Positions 48,201 to 59,500 of a DNA stretch of 64,000 nucleotides are shown here, piece after piece. Position 1 is the stretch's first letter. Each line of letters starts with the position of its first letter. The notes under the pieces were generated by a model. It saw nothing but the letters and a program-made list of their open reading frames with translations. It was not told the DNA's origin and searched no databases. The DNA comes from an uncultured Holophagales bacterium (lineage in GTDB: Bacteria; Acidobacteriota; Thermoanaerobaculia; Multivoradales; UBA5704). Both the position numbers and the translations under genes were made by a program. The stretch covers positions 256,001 through 320,000 of the forward strand of contig CAWJGT010000034.1 in assembly GCA_963842525.1 (NCBI GenBank), read 5' to 3'.

Positions 48201-51200
48201 GAGGCCGCGGCGGCCCGGGGGGAGGACCATGCCGCGCCGCGCACGCCGGCCGAGGAGCTGCTGGCCGCCGTTTGGCAGCAGGTGCTGGGCCTCGACCAGG
48301 TCGGCATCCGTGACAACTTCTTCGCCCTCGGCGGCGACTCCATCCGCAGCATCCAGGTTCTTTCGCTGGCGCAGGAGCGCGGCCTGAGCCTCTCGGTCCA
48401 GGATATCTTCCAGCACCAGACGATCGCCGACCTGGCAGCCGCCCTGGCCGCGGCGGCGGAGGAAAAGGCGGCCGGCCCGGAGGACGGCGAGCCGCTGTGG
48501 GTCCTGTCCGACGAGGAGCGGAGCCGCCTGCCGCAGGACGTGGAGGATGCCTACCCCCTGACCGGCCTTCAGGCCGGCATGCTCTTCCACATGCGGCTGG
48601 CGCCGGGCGAGGCTCTCTACCACAACGTCAACAGTTGGCACCTCCAGGGGCAGCTCGATCTGGCGGCCCTCCAGGACGCGGTGGATCGGGTCGTGGCGCG
48701 GCACGCGGTGCTCCGCACGTCCTTCGACCTGAGCGCTCCCGCCGAGCCGCTCCAGCGCGTGCACCGCACGGCCGCGCTGCCGGTGGGCGGCGGCGATCTG
48801 CGACATCTCAACCCGGAGCAGCAGGAGGAGGCGATCGCAGACTACGTGCAGCGCGAGCGAAGGAGGCCGTTCGACTTTGCGCATCCGCCGCAGATCCGCT
48901 TCCACGTCCACCGGCGGAGCGACGACAGCTTCCAGTTCACCCTGACGGAGAACCACGCCATCTTCGACGGCTGGAGCCTCCACTCCACCCTGACGGAGAT
49001 CTTCCGCGACTACACGGCCAGGCTGCACGGCCAGCCGCTGCCGCCCGAGCCGCCGCCGGCCGTCGCGTTCCGCGATTTCGTGATGCTGGAGCGCGCCGCG
49101 CGCCGCGCAGAGGAGACGCGCGCCTTCTGGGCCCGCCAGGTGGCCGGCGCGCCGTTCGGCGGCCTGCCCCGCTGGCCGGTGGAGCGCGAGCGTGGCGGTA
49201 TGGGCACTGGAACGGGAACGGTGACCCGCGTTCTCGCGCCGGAGCTGGTGGCGCGCCTCAAGGCCGTGGCGCGGGAGGCCGCGGTGCCGTTCAAGAGCCT
49301 GCTGCTGGCCGTCCACGCCCGGGTGATGGCCGCGGCCAGCGGAGAGGAGGACGTGGTCACCGGCTTCGTGGTCAACGGCCGGCCCGAGTCCCGCGGCGGC
49401 GAGGAGGTGCGCGGCCTCTTTCTCAATTCCGTCCCGCTGCGGCCCGGCCTGGCGCGGGCGCGGAGCTGGCGGGAGCTGGTGCGCGCCGCCTTCGCGGCCG
49501 AGTGGGAGATGCTGCCCCACCGCCGCTATCCGCTGATCGCGATCCAGGACGACGCCGGCGGCCGTCCCCTGTTCGAGACCGCCTTCAACTACATCCATTT
49601 CCACGTGGCCGAAGCGATCTCCCGCCCCGGCGGGCTCGCCGTCCTCTCCAGCCGGCGCTCCGAGGGGAACAACCTCGTCCTGATGGTGAATTTCGACCAG
49701 ACCGCGACCGGCGCCGCCGGCCTCGTCCTCGGGCTGGACTATCACGCGGCCGAGCTGGCGCGCCCCCAGGTCGAAACCATCGCCGGGATGTTCCTGCGCG
49801 CCAGCACCGCCCTGGTGGAGGACCCGGACGCCGATGCCTTCGCCGCGAGCCTGCTGTCGGACGAGGAGCGCGAGCCGTTGGCGGCGTGGAGCGCCGCCGG
49901 GCCGTCGCCGCCCGTCTTCTGCCTGCACGACCGGTTCGCGGCCCGGGTGGCCGCAGACCCGGACGCCCCGGCGGTGACGTACGAAGGCGAGACGCTGAGC
50001 TACGGCGAGCTGAGCCGCCGGGCCGACCGGCTGGCGCAGGTGCTGTGCTCCTGGGGGATCGGCCCCGGCGAGCTGGTGGGGCTCTGCCTGGAACGCTCGG
50101 CAGAGCTGGTCGTGGCTATCCTCGGCGTGCTCAAGACGGGCGCCGCCTACATGCCTGTCGATCCGGACTACCCGGGTGAGCGCATCGCGCGGCTGCTGGA
50201 GGACAGCGGCGTGCCGGTGCTGCTGACGCGGACCTCCCTGGCGGAGCGCCTGCCGGCGCTCTCCTGCCGGCTTCTGCTGCTCGACCGTGAGCGGCCGGCG
50301 CGCGACCCCGTGCCGCTGCCGCGCGACCCCCTGCGGCTGCCGCACGACCCCCTGCCGCTGCCGCACGACCCCCTGCCGCTGCCGCACGACCCCCTGCCGC
50401 TGCCGCACGACCCCCTGCCGCTGCCGCACGACCCCGTGCCGCTGCCACACGACCCCGTGCGGCTGCCGCACGACCCCGCGCCGCTGCCGCACGACCCCGC
50501 GCCGCCGCCGCACGACCGTGAGCGCCTGCCGCTCGACCTCCCGCGCGCCCGGCCGGAGGACCCGGCGTACGTCATCTACACCTCGGGCTCGACGGGCACG
50601 CCCAAGGGTGTCGTGGTCTCCCATGCCAATGTGGCGCGGCTGTTCGCGGCCACCGACTCCTGGTTCGGCTTCGGGCGCGGCGACGTCTGGACCCTGTTCC
50701 ATTCGTGCGCCTTCGACTTCTCGGTCTGGGAAATCTGGGGCGCCCTGCTCTACGGCGGCCGGCTGGTGGTGGTCCCCTACTGGGTCAGCCGCTCGCCGAA
50801 GGCATTCTATGACCTGTTGCGGCGTGAGCGGGTGACGGTGCTCAACCAGACCCCCTCGGCCTTCCGCCAGCTCGTGTGGGCCGAGGAGGAGGCCCTCGGA
50901 GACCGGGAGCCCGACCTGGCGCTGCGCACCGTGATCTTCGGCGGCGAGGCACTGGATCTGGCGAGCCTCGCGCCCTGGTTTGCCCGCCACGGCGACCGCC
51001 GGCCCGAGCTGGTCAACATGTACGGCATCACGGAGACGACGATCCACGTGACGTACCGTCTGCTGCGCACTGAGGACGTCGAGGCGGCCCGCGGCAGCGT
51101 CATCGGCCGGGCGATTCCCGATCTTTCGCTGCACGTCCTCGATGCGGCCTTCCACCCGGCACCGATCGGCGTCCCCGGGGAGATCTGCGTCGGCGGCGCC

Positions 51201-54200
51201 GGCTTGGCGCTCGGCTATCTGGGCATGCCGGAGCGGACGGCCGAGCGGTTCGTCCCCGATCCCTTTGGAGAACCGGGTGCGCGCATCTACCGCTCGGGCG
51301 ACCTGGCGCGGCGGCTGCCGCGTGACTTCAAGGGTGACCTGGAGTATCTGGGCCGCATCGATCACCAGGTCAAGATCCGCGGTTTCCGCATCGAGCTCGG
51401 GGAGATCGAGACCGCCCTCGCGCGGCACCCGGCCGTGCGCGAGGCCGTGGTGATGGTGCGCACTATCGGTGGGGATACCGGCGGCGAGAAGCAGCTCGTG
51501 GCCTACGTCGTGGCGGATCCTGCGCCGGACCTCGGCGAGCTGCGCTCCTTCCTGGCCGCGGACCTGCCCGACTACATGCTGCCCTCGGCTCTGGTGGTGC
51601 TGCCGGAGCTGCCGCTGACCGCCCACGGCAAGGTGAACCGCCAGGCCCTGCCCGAGCCCGAGCGGGCGCGACCCGAGCACGTCGCTCCTCGCACCGGGCT
51701 GGAGCGGCGGATCGCCGAGATCTGGCGCGGGCTGCTGGGAGTCGAGGCGGTCGGGCTGCACGACAGCTTCTTCGAGCTCGGCGGCAACTCCCTGCTCATG
51801 GCGCGCCTCCAGAGCCGCGTGGAAGAGGCCCTGGGCCGCCAGGTCGAGATGGTCGACCTGTTCAGCCATCCGACGGTCGGCTCGCTGGCCCGCTTCCTGA
51901 CCCAGGGCGAGGAGGCGCTCACCCCGGCGCCGGCGCCGCGGGAGCGGACCGGCCGCGAGATCGCCATCATCGGCATGGCGGGGCGCTTCCCCGGGGCGCA
52001 GGACGTCGAGCAGCTCTGGCAGAACCTCCTGGACGGCGTCGAGGCGGTCTCCTTCTTCACCGACGAGGAGCTGATCGCCGAGTCGAGCGTCTCTCCCGCC
52101 CTGCTCGCGGAGCCGAATTACGTACGCGCCGGGGTGGTGCTGGAGGACCCCGACCTCTTCGACGCCGCCTTCTTCGACCTCTCGCCACGCGAGGCGGAGA
52201 TCCTCGACCCGCAGCACCGGCTGCTGCTGGAGTGCGCCTGGCAGGCCCTGGAGCGGGCCGGTTACGCGGGCACGGACCGCACGGTCGGCGTCTTCGCCGG
52301 GGCCAGCCAGAGCAGTTATGCCTTGAACAACCTCCTGCCGAATCCGGAGCTCGTGGCCGCGGTCGGGGGCTTCGCTCTGAATCTGGCGAGCGAGAAGGAC
52401 TTCCTCGCCTCGCGCCTCTCCTACAAGCTCAACCTGGAAGGCCCCAGCTCCACGGTCCAGACCGCCTGCTCGACCTCCCTCGTGGCCCTGCACTTCGCCT
52501 GCCGCAGCCTGCTCGACGGGGATTGCGAGCTGGCCCTGGCCGGCGGCGTCTCGGTGCGAGCCCTGCAAAAAATCGGCTACCTGTACCAGCAGGGCGGCAT
52601 CAACTCGTCCGACGGCCACTGCCGGGCCTTCGACGCCCGGGCCGACGGCGCGATCGGCGGCCAGGGCGTCGGCATGGTCGTGCTGAAGCGCCTGGAGGAT
52701 GCGCTCGCCGACGGCGATCACGTCCATGCGGTCGTCAAGGGGACGGCGGTCAACAACGACGGCTCGCTGCGGGCCGGCTTCACGGCGCCCCGGCGCGACG
52801 GACAGGCGAAGGTGATCCTCGCGGCGCAGGAGCGGGCGCAGGTGGACCCCGAGGCGATCGGCTACGTCGAGACCCACGGCACCGCCACGTCCCTGGGCGA
52901 TCCGATCGAGGTCGCGGCCCTGACCAAGGCCTTCCGGCAGAAGACCGAAAAACGCGGCTTCTGCGCCCTCGGCTCGATCAAGACCAACATCGGTCACCTC
53001 GATGCCGCGGCCGGCGTGGCCGGGCTCATCAAGGCCACCCTGGTGGTCGAACGGGGAGAGATCCCGCCCAGCCTGCACTTCGAGAGGCCCAACCCGCAGA
53101 TCGACTTCGCGTCGAGCCCCTTCTTCGTGGCCTCGCAGCGCTGTGCCTGGCGGCCGGACGGGATGCCGCGCCGGGCCGGCGTGAGCGCCTTCGGCATGGG
53201 CGGGACCAACGCCCACGTGATCCTGGAGGAGGCGCCGCCGGCCGCGCCGGCCGGCCCGTCGCGGCCCTGGCAGGTCCTGTCGTTCTCGGCCCGCACGCCC
53301 GCGGCCCTGGAGCGGATGACGGACGAGCTGTCGGCCCACCTCACGGCCCATCCCGAAAAGGATCTGGCGGACATCGCTTTCACCCTGCGCGTCGGTCGCC
53401 GCGCGTTCCGCCACCGGCGCGCCCTGGTGGCTGCGACGGCCGCCGAGGCGGCCGAGGCGCTGGCGGTGCGCGACCCGCGGCGGGTCTGGACGACCGAGCA
53501 GGAGCCTGGCGGCCGGCCCGTCGCCTTCCTGCTCCCCGGCGTCGGCGATCACTACGCCGGCATGGCCGCGGGGCTCTATCACGCCGAGCCGGTGTTCCGG
53601 CAGGAGATCGACCGCTGCGCCGAGCTCCTGCTGCCCGAGCTCGGGATCGACCTGCGGCAGATCCTCTTCGCGGAGAGCGAGACGGAGGGCGAACGAAAGG
53701 GGTTGGACCTGCGCGCGATGTTGCGGCCCGGTGCCCCGGCCGCGGGACCGCTCCACCAGACCCGGATCGCGCAGCCGGCCGTCTTCGCCGTCGGCTATGC
53801 GCTGGCGCGCCTCTGGATGTCCTGGGGCGTGCAGCCTCAGGCGCTGCTGGGGTACAGCCTCGGCGAGTACACCGCCGCCTGCCTCGCCGGGGTCCTGTCG
53901 CTCGCCGACGCTCTCGCGCTGGTGGCCCGGCGCGCACAACTGATCGACGAGCTGCCGCCGGGCGCCATGCTGGCCGTGCCGCTCTCCGAAGAGGAAACGA
54001 TGCGGCGCCTCGCGCCCGGCCTTGCGATCGCCGCGGTCAACGCGCCCTCCGTCTGCGTGGTCTCGGGGCCGCTGGAAGCTGTGGCCGCGCTGGAGGAGCG
54101 CCTGGAGCGCGAAGGCCTGCTCTGCCGGCGCATCCCGACCTCGCACGCCTTCCACTCCCCGATGATGGAGCCTGCCGCGGACGCCTTCCGCGAGCTGCTC

Positions 54201-56555
54201 CGCACGGTCGAGCTGCGCGCGCCGGAAATCCCCTACCCGTCGAACGTGACCGGCACCTGGGCCCGGGCCTCGGAGGTCACCGATCCCGAATACTGGGTCC
54301 GGCATCTGTGCCGGACCGTGCGCTTTGCCGACGGCGTCGCCGAGCTGTGGCGGGAGCCGGGGAGGGTCCTGCTGGAAGCCGGTCCCGGGCCGGCCCTGGG
54401 GAGCCTGGCGCTGCAACACCCGGCGAGCGCGGAGGCATCGCGCCCGGTCGCCCTGCCGTCGCTGCGCCACGAGCACGACCGGCAGGACGATCAGGCCTTC
54501 CTGCTCAAGACCCTGGGACAGCTCTGGCTGGCCGGCGTGGAGATGGACCCTGCCGCCCTGTACCAGGGCGAGCGGCGTCTGCGCGTGCCTCTCCCGACCT
54601 ATCCCTTCGAGCGGCAGCGCTACTGGATCGAGCGCCCGGCGGCACGGCCTGCCACAGAGCGCACAACGCATTCAACCGGAAAGATCGCCGACCCCGCCGA
54701 CTGGTTCCACGCCCCGTCGTGGAAGCTCGCCGTGCGGCCTCCAGTGCCCGGGGACCGCGGAGGCCGCTGGCTGGTCCTCGAAGACGGGCATCAAGATAGT
54801 ACGGGCGTGGGCTCCCGGCTGGTGGCGCGGCTGGAGGCCGAGGGATGCGACGTGATCGCCGTCCGCGCCGGCGCAGGGTTCGACTACGATGCCCTCTTCG
54901 CCGAGATCGGGCTGCCTGCCAGGATCGTGCACCTCCTCAGCCTGACCTCCGAGGTGAGGGAGCCCGACCCGGAGCTCTTCGATCAGGCGCAGGAGACCGG
55001 GTTCCACAGCCTGCTCGCGCTCGCCCAGGCACTCGGCAAGAGGAGGGGCTCCGGGGACCGCTGCGAGATCTGCATCGTCACCAACGGCCTCGCCGGCATC
55101 GAGCGGGGCGACCGGATCCAGCCGGAGAAGGCGACCCTCCTCGGCCCCCTGCGCGTGATCCCGCAGGAATACGGCCATCTCACCTGCCGGCTGATCGACG
55201 TCGATCCGAGCGAGGACCTGATCGAGGAGATCTGCGTGAAGGGCGCCGAGCCCATCGTCGCCCGGCGCGGCCAGCAGCGCTGGATCGCGGCCATCGAGCC
55301 CCTCCCCCTGGACGCGGGAAACTCCTGGCCAGGACCCCTGCGCCAGGGAGGGATTTACCTGATCACGGGAGGCTTCGGCGGGATCGGGAGCGCGCTCGCC
55401 GAGCATCTGGCGCGAACCGTTCAGGCGAAGCTCGTCCTCGTCGGCCGCACGCCGCGGCCGGATCTTGCGGGCCGCCTGGAGGAACTCGGCGCAGAGGCGA
55501 TGCTGTGCACGGCGGACGTCACCGATGCGCAGGAGATGCAGCGCGTGGTCGAGGAGGCGATCGCGCGCTGGGGACGGATCGACGGCGTCTTCCATGTGGC
55601 GGGCCTGCCGGGCGCCGGCCTCCTCCAGCTCAAGACCCGCGACGCCGCGGCCGAGGTGCTCGCCGTCAAGGCCCGGGGTGCGCTCGTCCTCCAGTCCGTG
55701 CTGCGCGGTCATTCGGTCGACTTCCTGGTGCTCTTCTCCGCCATGACCTCGCTCACCGGCGGCATCGGCCAGGTCGACTACTGCGCGGCCAACGCCTTCC
55801 TCGACGTCCTCGCCCAGAGCACCCAGGGCAACCGGCAGCGGGGAGGGGTGCCCACGGTCTCCGTCAACTGGTGCGAATGGCAGTGGGACAGTTGGACCGG
55901 GCAGGTCGGCGCGCTCAACCCCAGGATGCAGGAGACCCTCCAGCGGCAGCGCCAGGCCTACGGGCTGACCTTCGCGGAGGGCATGGAAGCGCTCGGCCGC
56001 GCCCTGGCGAGCGGCGCGCCGCAAGTGGTCGTCTCCACCCGCCAGCTCCAGGAGGTCCTCCAGCAGCAGCACTCGCTCGCCGAGATGCTCACGGTGCTGG
56101 ACCGGTCGGCCCAGCCGGGAGGGCACGGACGCCGGCACACCCGGCCGGCCCTGCCGACCCCGTACGCCCCGCCCGGAGACGAAACCGAGCGGCAGCTCGC
56201 CGATCTCTGGGGAGACCTGCTCGGGATCGAACAGATCGGCATCCACGACAACTTCTTCCTGCTCGGCGGCCATTCGCTGCTCGGGCTCCAGGTCATGACG
56301 CGCATCGACGAAGCCTTCCAGATCGAGCTGCCCCTGTCCGTCCTGTTCGAGGCTCCCACGGTTGCCGAGCTGGCGGCGGTGATCGCGGGGTCCGGGGAGG
56401 GCGGTGGCGGCGACGGCACGCCTGCGGCGCGTCGCACACCTGAAATCCGCAGAGTCGATCCGCTGAGCGCTCAGCGGATGCTGGAGAGCCTCGACGTCCT
56501 CTCGGAGGAGGAGATGGACCGGCTCCTCGCCGAAATGCAGGAGGAAGAGGTCTAG
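45200..56555 (+). CDS. Hybrid NRPS-PKS with one +1 frameshift near 46361: C-A(Thr)-T-C(modAA-like)-A(Thr)-T-KS-AT-KR-ACP
   Basis: GTG 45200 overlaps the upstream TGA (GTGA), with GGAGG at 45187-45191. The C domain starts in the frame of ORF 45065..47131 and continues in ORF 46383..56555. Removing one base at ~46361 restores ERELAHTPLFQV. Confidence 0.9.
46715..48190 (+). other. Adenylation domain, predicted Thr (DFWSVGMVHK)
   Basis: FDFSVWE, VLSQTPS, VVFGGE, NMYGITETTVH. Confidence 0.85.
48540..49830 (+). other. Condensation domain, modified-amino-acid (dehydrating) type
   Basis: Preceded by T GGDSIRS (48330); EDAYPLTGLQAGMLFH; active site ENHAIFDGWS (48948). Confidence 0.72.
49920..51660 (+). 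other. Adenylation domain, predicted Thr (DFWNIGMIHK)
   Basis: FDFSVWE, VLNQTPS, VIFGGE, NMYGITETTIH. Confidence 0.85.
50301..50531 (+). repeat. In-frame 21-bp tandem repeat, ~11 units (consensus CACGACCCCCTGCCGCTGCCG, HDPLPLP)
   Basis: Directly visible. It translates as RDPVPLP RDPLRLP (HDPLPLP)x4 HDPVPLP HDPVRLP HDPAPLP HDPAPPP HDRERLP. Confidence 0.97.
51955..56390 (+). other. PKS module KS-AT-KR-ACP
   Basis: VQTACSTS/HGTAT/NIGHL; AT GVGDHY (53538), GYSLG (53850), HAFH; KR GGFGGIG, YCAAN; ACP GGHSLL (~56265). Confidence 0.88.
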
Positions 56556-56557
56556 GT

Positions 56558-59500
56558 ATGAGCATCGGCACGGAAACTCCCCGGTCGGCGGCAGAGAAGC
56601 GCGAGCTTCTGGCGAGGCTCCTCGCGGAGAGGGCGAGCCGCGCCGGCCAGCACCCTCTCTCGTTCGGCCAGCAGCGCCTCTGGTTCCTCGACCAACTGCA
56701 GCCGGGCTCCCCGGCCTACAACATCTCGATGGGGATGCGCCTCCCGGTCCCGCCGCCGGTCGCAGTGCTCGAGGCAGCCCTGCGGGAGATTGCCCGGCGC
56801 CACGAGGTGCTGCGAACGACCTTCGCGGTCGCGGACGGTGAGCCGGTCCAGGTCATTGCGCCCGCGGCGCATCCGGCTCTGGCGCAGGTCGATCTTCTCG
56901 GTCTTCCCGAGGCTCTGCGCCCCGGCGCGGCGCGGCGCGCCAGCGATCAGCTCACCCAGAGCCCCTTCGACCTCGCCCGCGGGCCGCTGTTCCAGATCGC
57001 CCTCCTGCGGCTCGGCGCCGCCAACCACCTCGTCCTCCTGGTGATGCATCACATCATCTCGGACGGCTGGTCGGCGGGGGTCCTGATCCGGGAGCTGATC
57101 GCTCTCACCGAGGCGCTGGCCGCCGGCCGGCCCTCCCCCTGCCGGAGCTCCCGGTCCAGTACGCGGACTTCACCCACTGGCAGCGGCAGTGGCTGCGCGG
57201 AGAGGTCTTGGACGAGCAGCTCGCCTACTGGCGACGGCAGCTCGCGGCGGGTCCCTTCGTCCTCGACCTGACGGCCGACCATCCGCGCCCGCCCATGCAG
57301 AGCCTGCGGGGAGCCAGCGAACGCATCCACGTCCCGCAGGCGTTGCGGGAGCGCCTCACCGCGCTGGGCCAGACGCAGGGGGCGACCCTCTTCATGGTCC
57401 TGCTGGGCGCCTTCCAGGCGCTGCTCCACCGCTCCACGGGGCAGGAGGCGATCAGCGTCGGAACGCCCACCGCGGGCCGCAGGCGCCGGGAAGCTCGAGG
57501 GCATGATCGGCCTGTTCGTGAACATGCTGGTCCTGCGCGTCGATCTCTCGGGAGATCCCACCGGCCGGGAGCTGCTGGGACGCGTGCGCGAGGCGGCCCT
57601 GGGGGCCTACGCCCATCAGGACATCCCCTTCGAAAAGCTCGTCGACGCTCTGCAGCCTGAGCGGGACGCCAGCCGCTCGCCGCTCTTCCAGGCCGTCCTC
57701 GTGCTCCAGAACACGCCGGACACGCCGGAGATCGCCCCTGGGAGGCCGGACCTGAGCCTCGACGACGTCGAGAGCGAGCGCAGCTCGGCGAAGTTCAACC
57801 TGACCCTCGATCTCGTCGAGGCGCAGGACGGCCTGCGCGGGGTCTTCGAGTACAGCCGCGACCTGTTCAACCGGACGACGATCCGCCGCATGCTGGGCCA
57901 CTTCGAGGCGCTCCTCGCCGGCATGGTGGACGCCCCCCAGGCCCGGATCTCCAGCCTGCCTCTGCTCTCCGCCGCGGAAAGCCACCAGATCCTCCTCGCC
58001 TGGAACGATACGGCCGCGGCGCGCCCCCCAGGGGCCTGCCTGCACGGCCTCTTCGCCCTCCAGGCGCAGCGGTCTCCCGCGGCCCCCGCCGTCACCTTCG
58101 AGGGGCGGACGCTCTCCTACCGCGATCTGGATCTCCTGTCCGGCCGCCTGGCCTCCCGACTCCTGCATCTGGGGGTCGGGCCCGATACGGCCGTGGGCGT
58201 GCTGATGGAGCGCTCGGTCGAGATGGTGGTCGGCCTGCTCGGCATCCTCCGCACCGGAGGCGCCTATCTGCCGCTCGACCCCGACTACCCCGCCGAGCGG
58301 CTCGGCTGGATGATCGCCGACGCCCGCGTGCCGGTGCTCCTTGCCCAGGAACGCCTCCTGCCGGCCCTGCCGCCGACGGAGGCCCGGGTGCTCTGCCTCG
58401 AAACGGGGTGGGAGGGCCAAGGAGAGCCCGAGGTCCGGAGCGAAGCATCCGACCAGAATCTGGCCTACGTCCTCTATACCTCGGGCTCGACCGGCCGTCC
58501 CAAAGGAGCGATGGTCCCGCACCGCGGCATCGTCAACCGCCTGCTCTGGATGCAGGAGGCCTACGGCCTGACCGCCGCGGACCGGGTGCTCCAGAAGACT
58601 CCGTTCAGCTTCGACGTCTCGGTCTGGGAGCTCTTCTGGCCCCTCCTCACCGGTGCGCATCTCGTCGTGGCCCGGCCCGGCGGGCACCGCGATCCCGCCT
58701 ACCTGAGCGACCTGATCGAGCGCGAACGGGTGACGGTGATGCACTTCGTTCCGTCCATGCTCCAGGCTTTCCTGGAGGAGCCGGACCTCTCCGGCTGCGC
58801 CAGCCTGCGCCTGGTGGCGGCCAGCGGCGAGGCCCTCACGCCCGAGCTGCGCCGCCGCTTCCGGGAGCGGCTCGCCGCCCGGCTGCAGAACCTCTACGGC
58901 CCGACCGAGGCGTCGGTCGATGTCACGTCCTGGAGCTGCGACGAGGAGGCCCGCGGTGGCATCGTCCCGATCGGCCGGCCGGTCGCCAACACCCGCATCC
59001 ACCTGCTCGACCGGTCGTGGCAGCCGGCGCCGACCGGCGTGCCCTCCGAGCTGTGCATCGGCGGCGTGCAGCTCGCCCGCGGCTATTGGAGCCGCCCGGA
59101 CCTGACGGCGGAGCGCTTCGTGCCCGATCCCTGGAGCGAGGCGGCCGGAGGGCGGCTCTATCGCACCGGCGACCTCGCCCGCCACCTGCCCGACGGCGCC
59201 GTCGAGTACCTCGGCCGCATCGACTTCCAGGTGAAGGTGCGCGGATTCCGCATCGAGCTGGGCGAGATCGAGTCGGTCCTCGCCTCCCATCCCGGGCTGC
59301 GGGAGGTGGTCGTCGTGGCGCGGCGCGAGGCGGACGGCGACAGCCGGCTCGTCGCCTACGTCGTCGCGAAGGACGAGCCTGCTCCGGCCCCTGCTCCGGA
59401 AGTGGCCGGCCTGCGCGCCTTCCTGGCCGAACGGCTGCCGGACTACATGGTGCCCTCCGCCTGGGTCGAGCTCGCGGCTCTGCCACTGACGCCCAGCGGC

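Noticed and set aside
50301-50531. Possible CRISPR array or regulatory repeat
   Set aside because: There are no spacers; the units are contiguous, in-frame and coding.
47469-54671. Very long minus-strand ORFs (e.g. 47469..54671, 16808..21187, 10658..14173, 57452..60541)
   Set aside because: They are antisense shadows of high-GC NRPS/PKS genes, have no recognisable motifs and fully overlap well-supported + strand CDSs.
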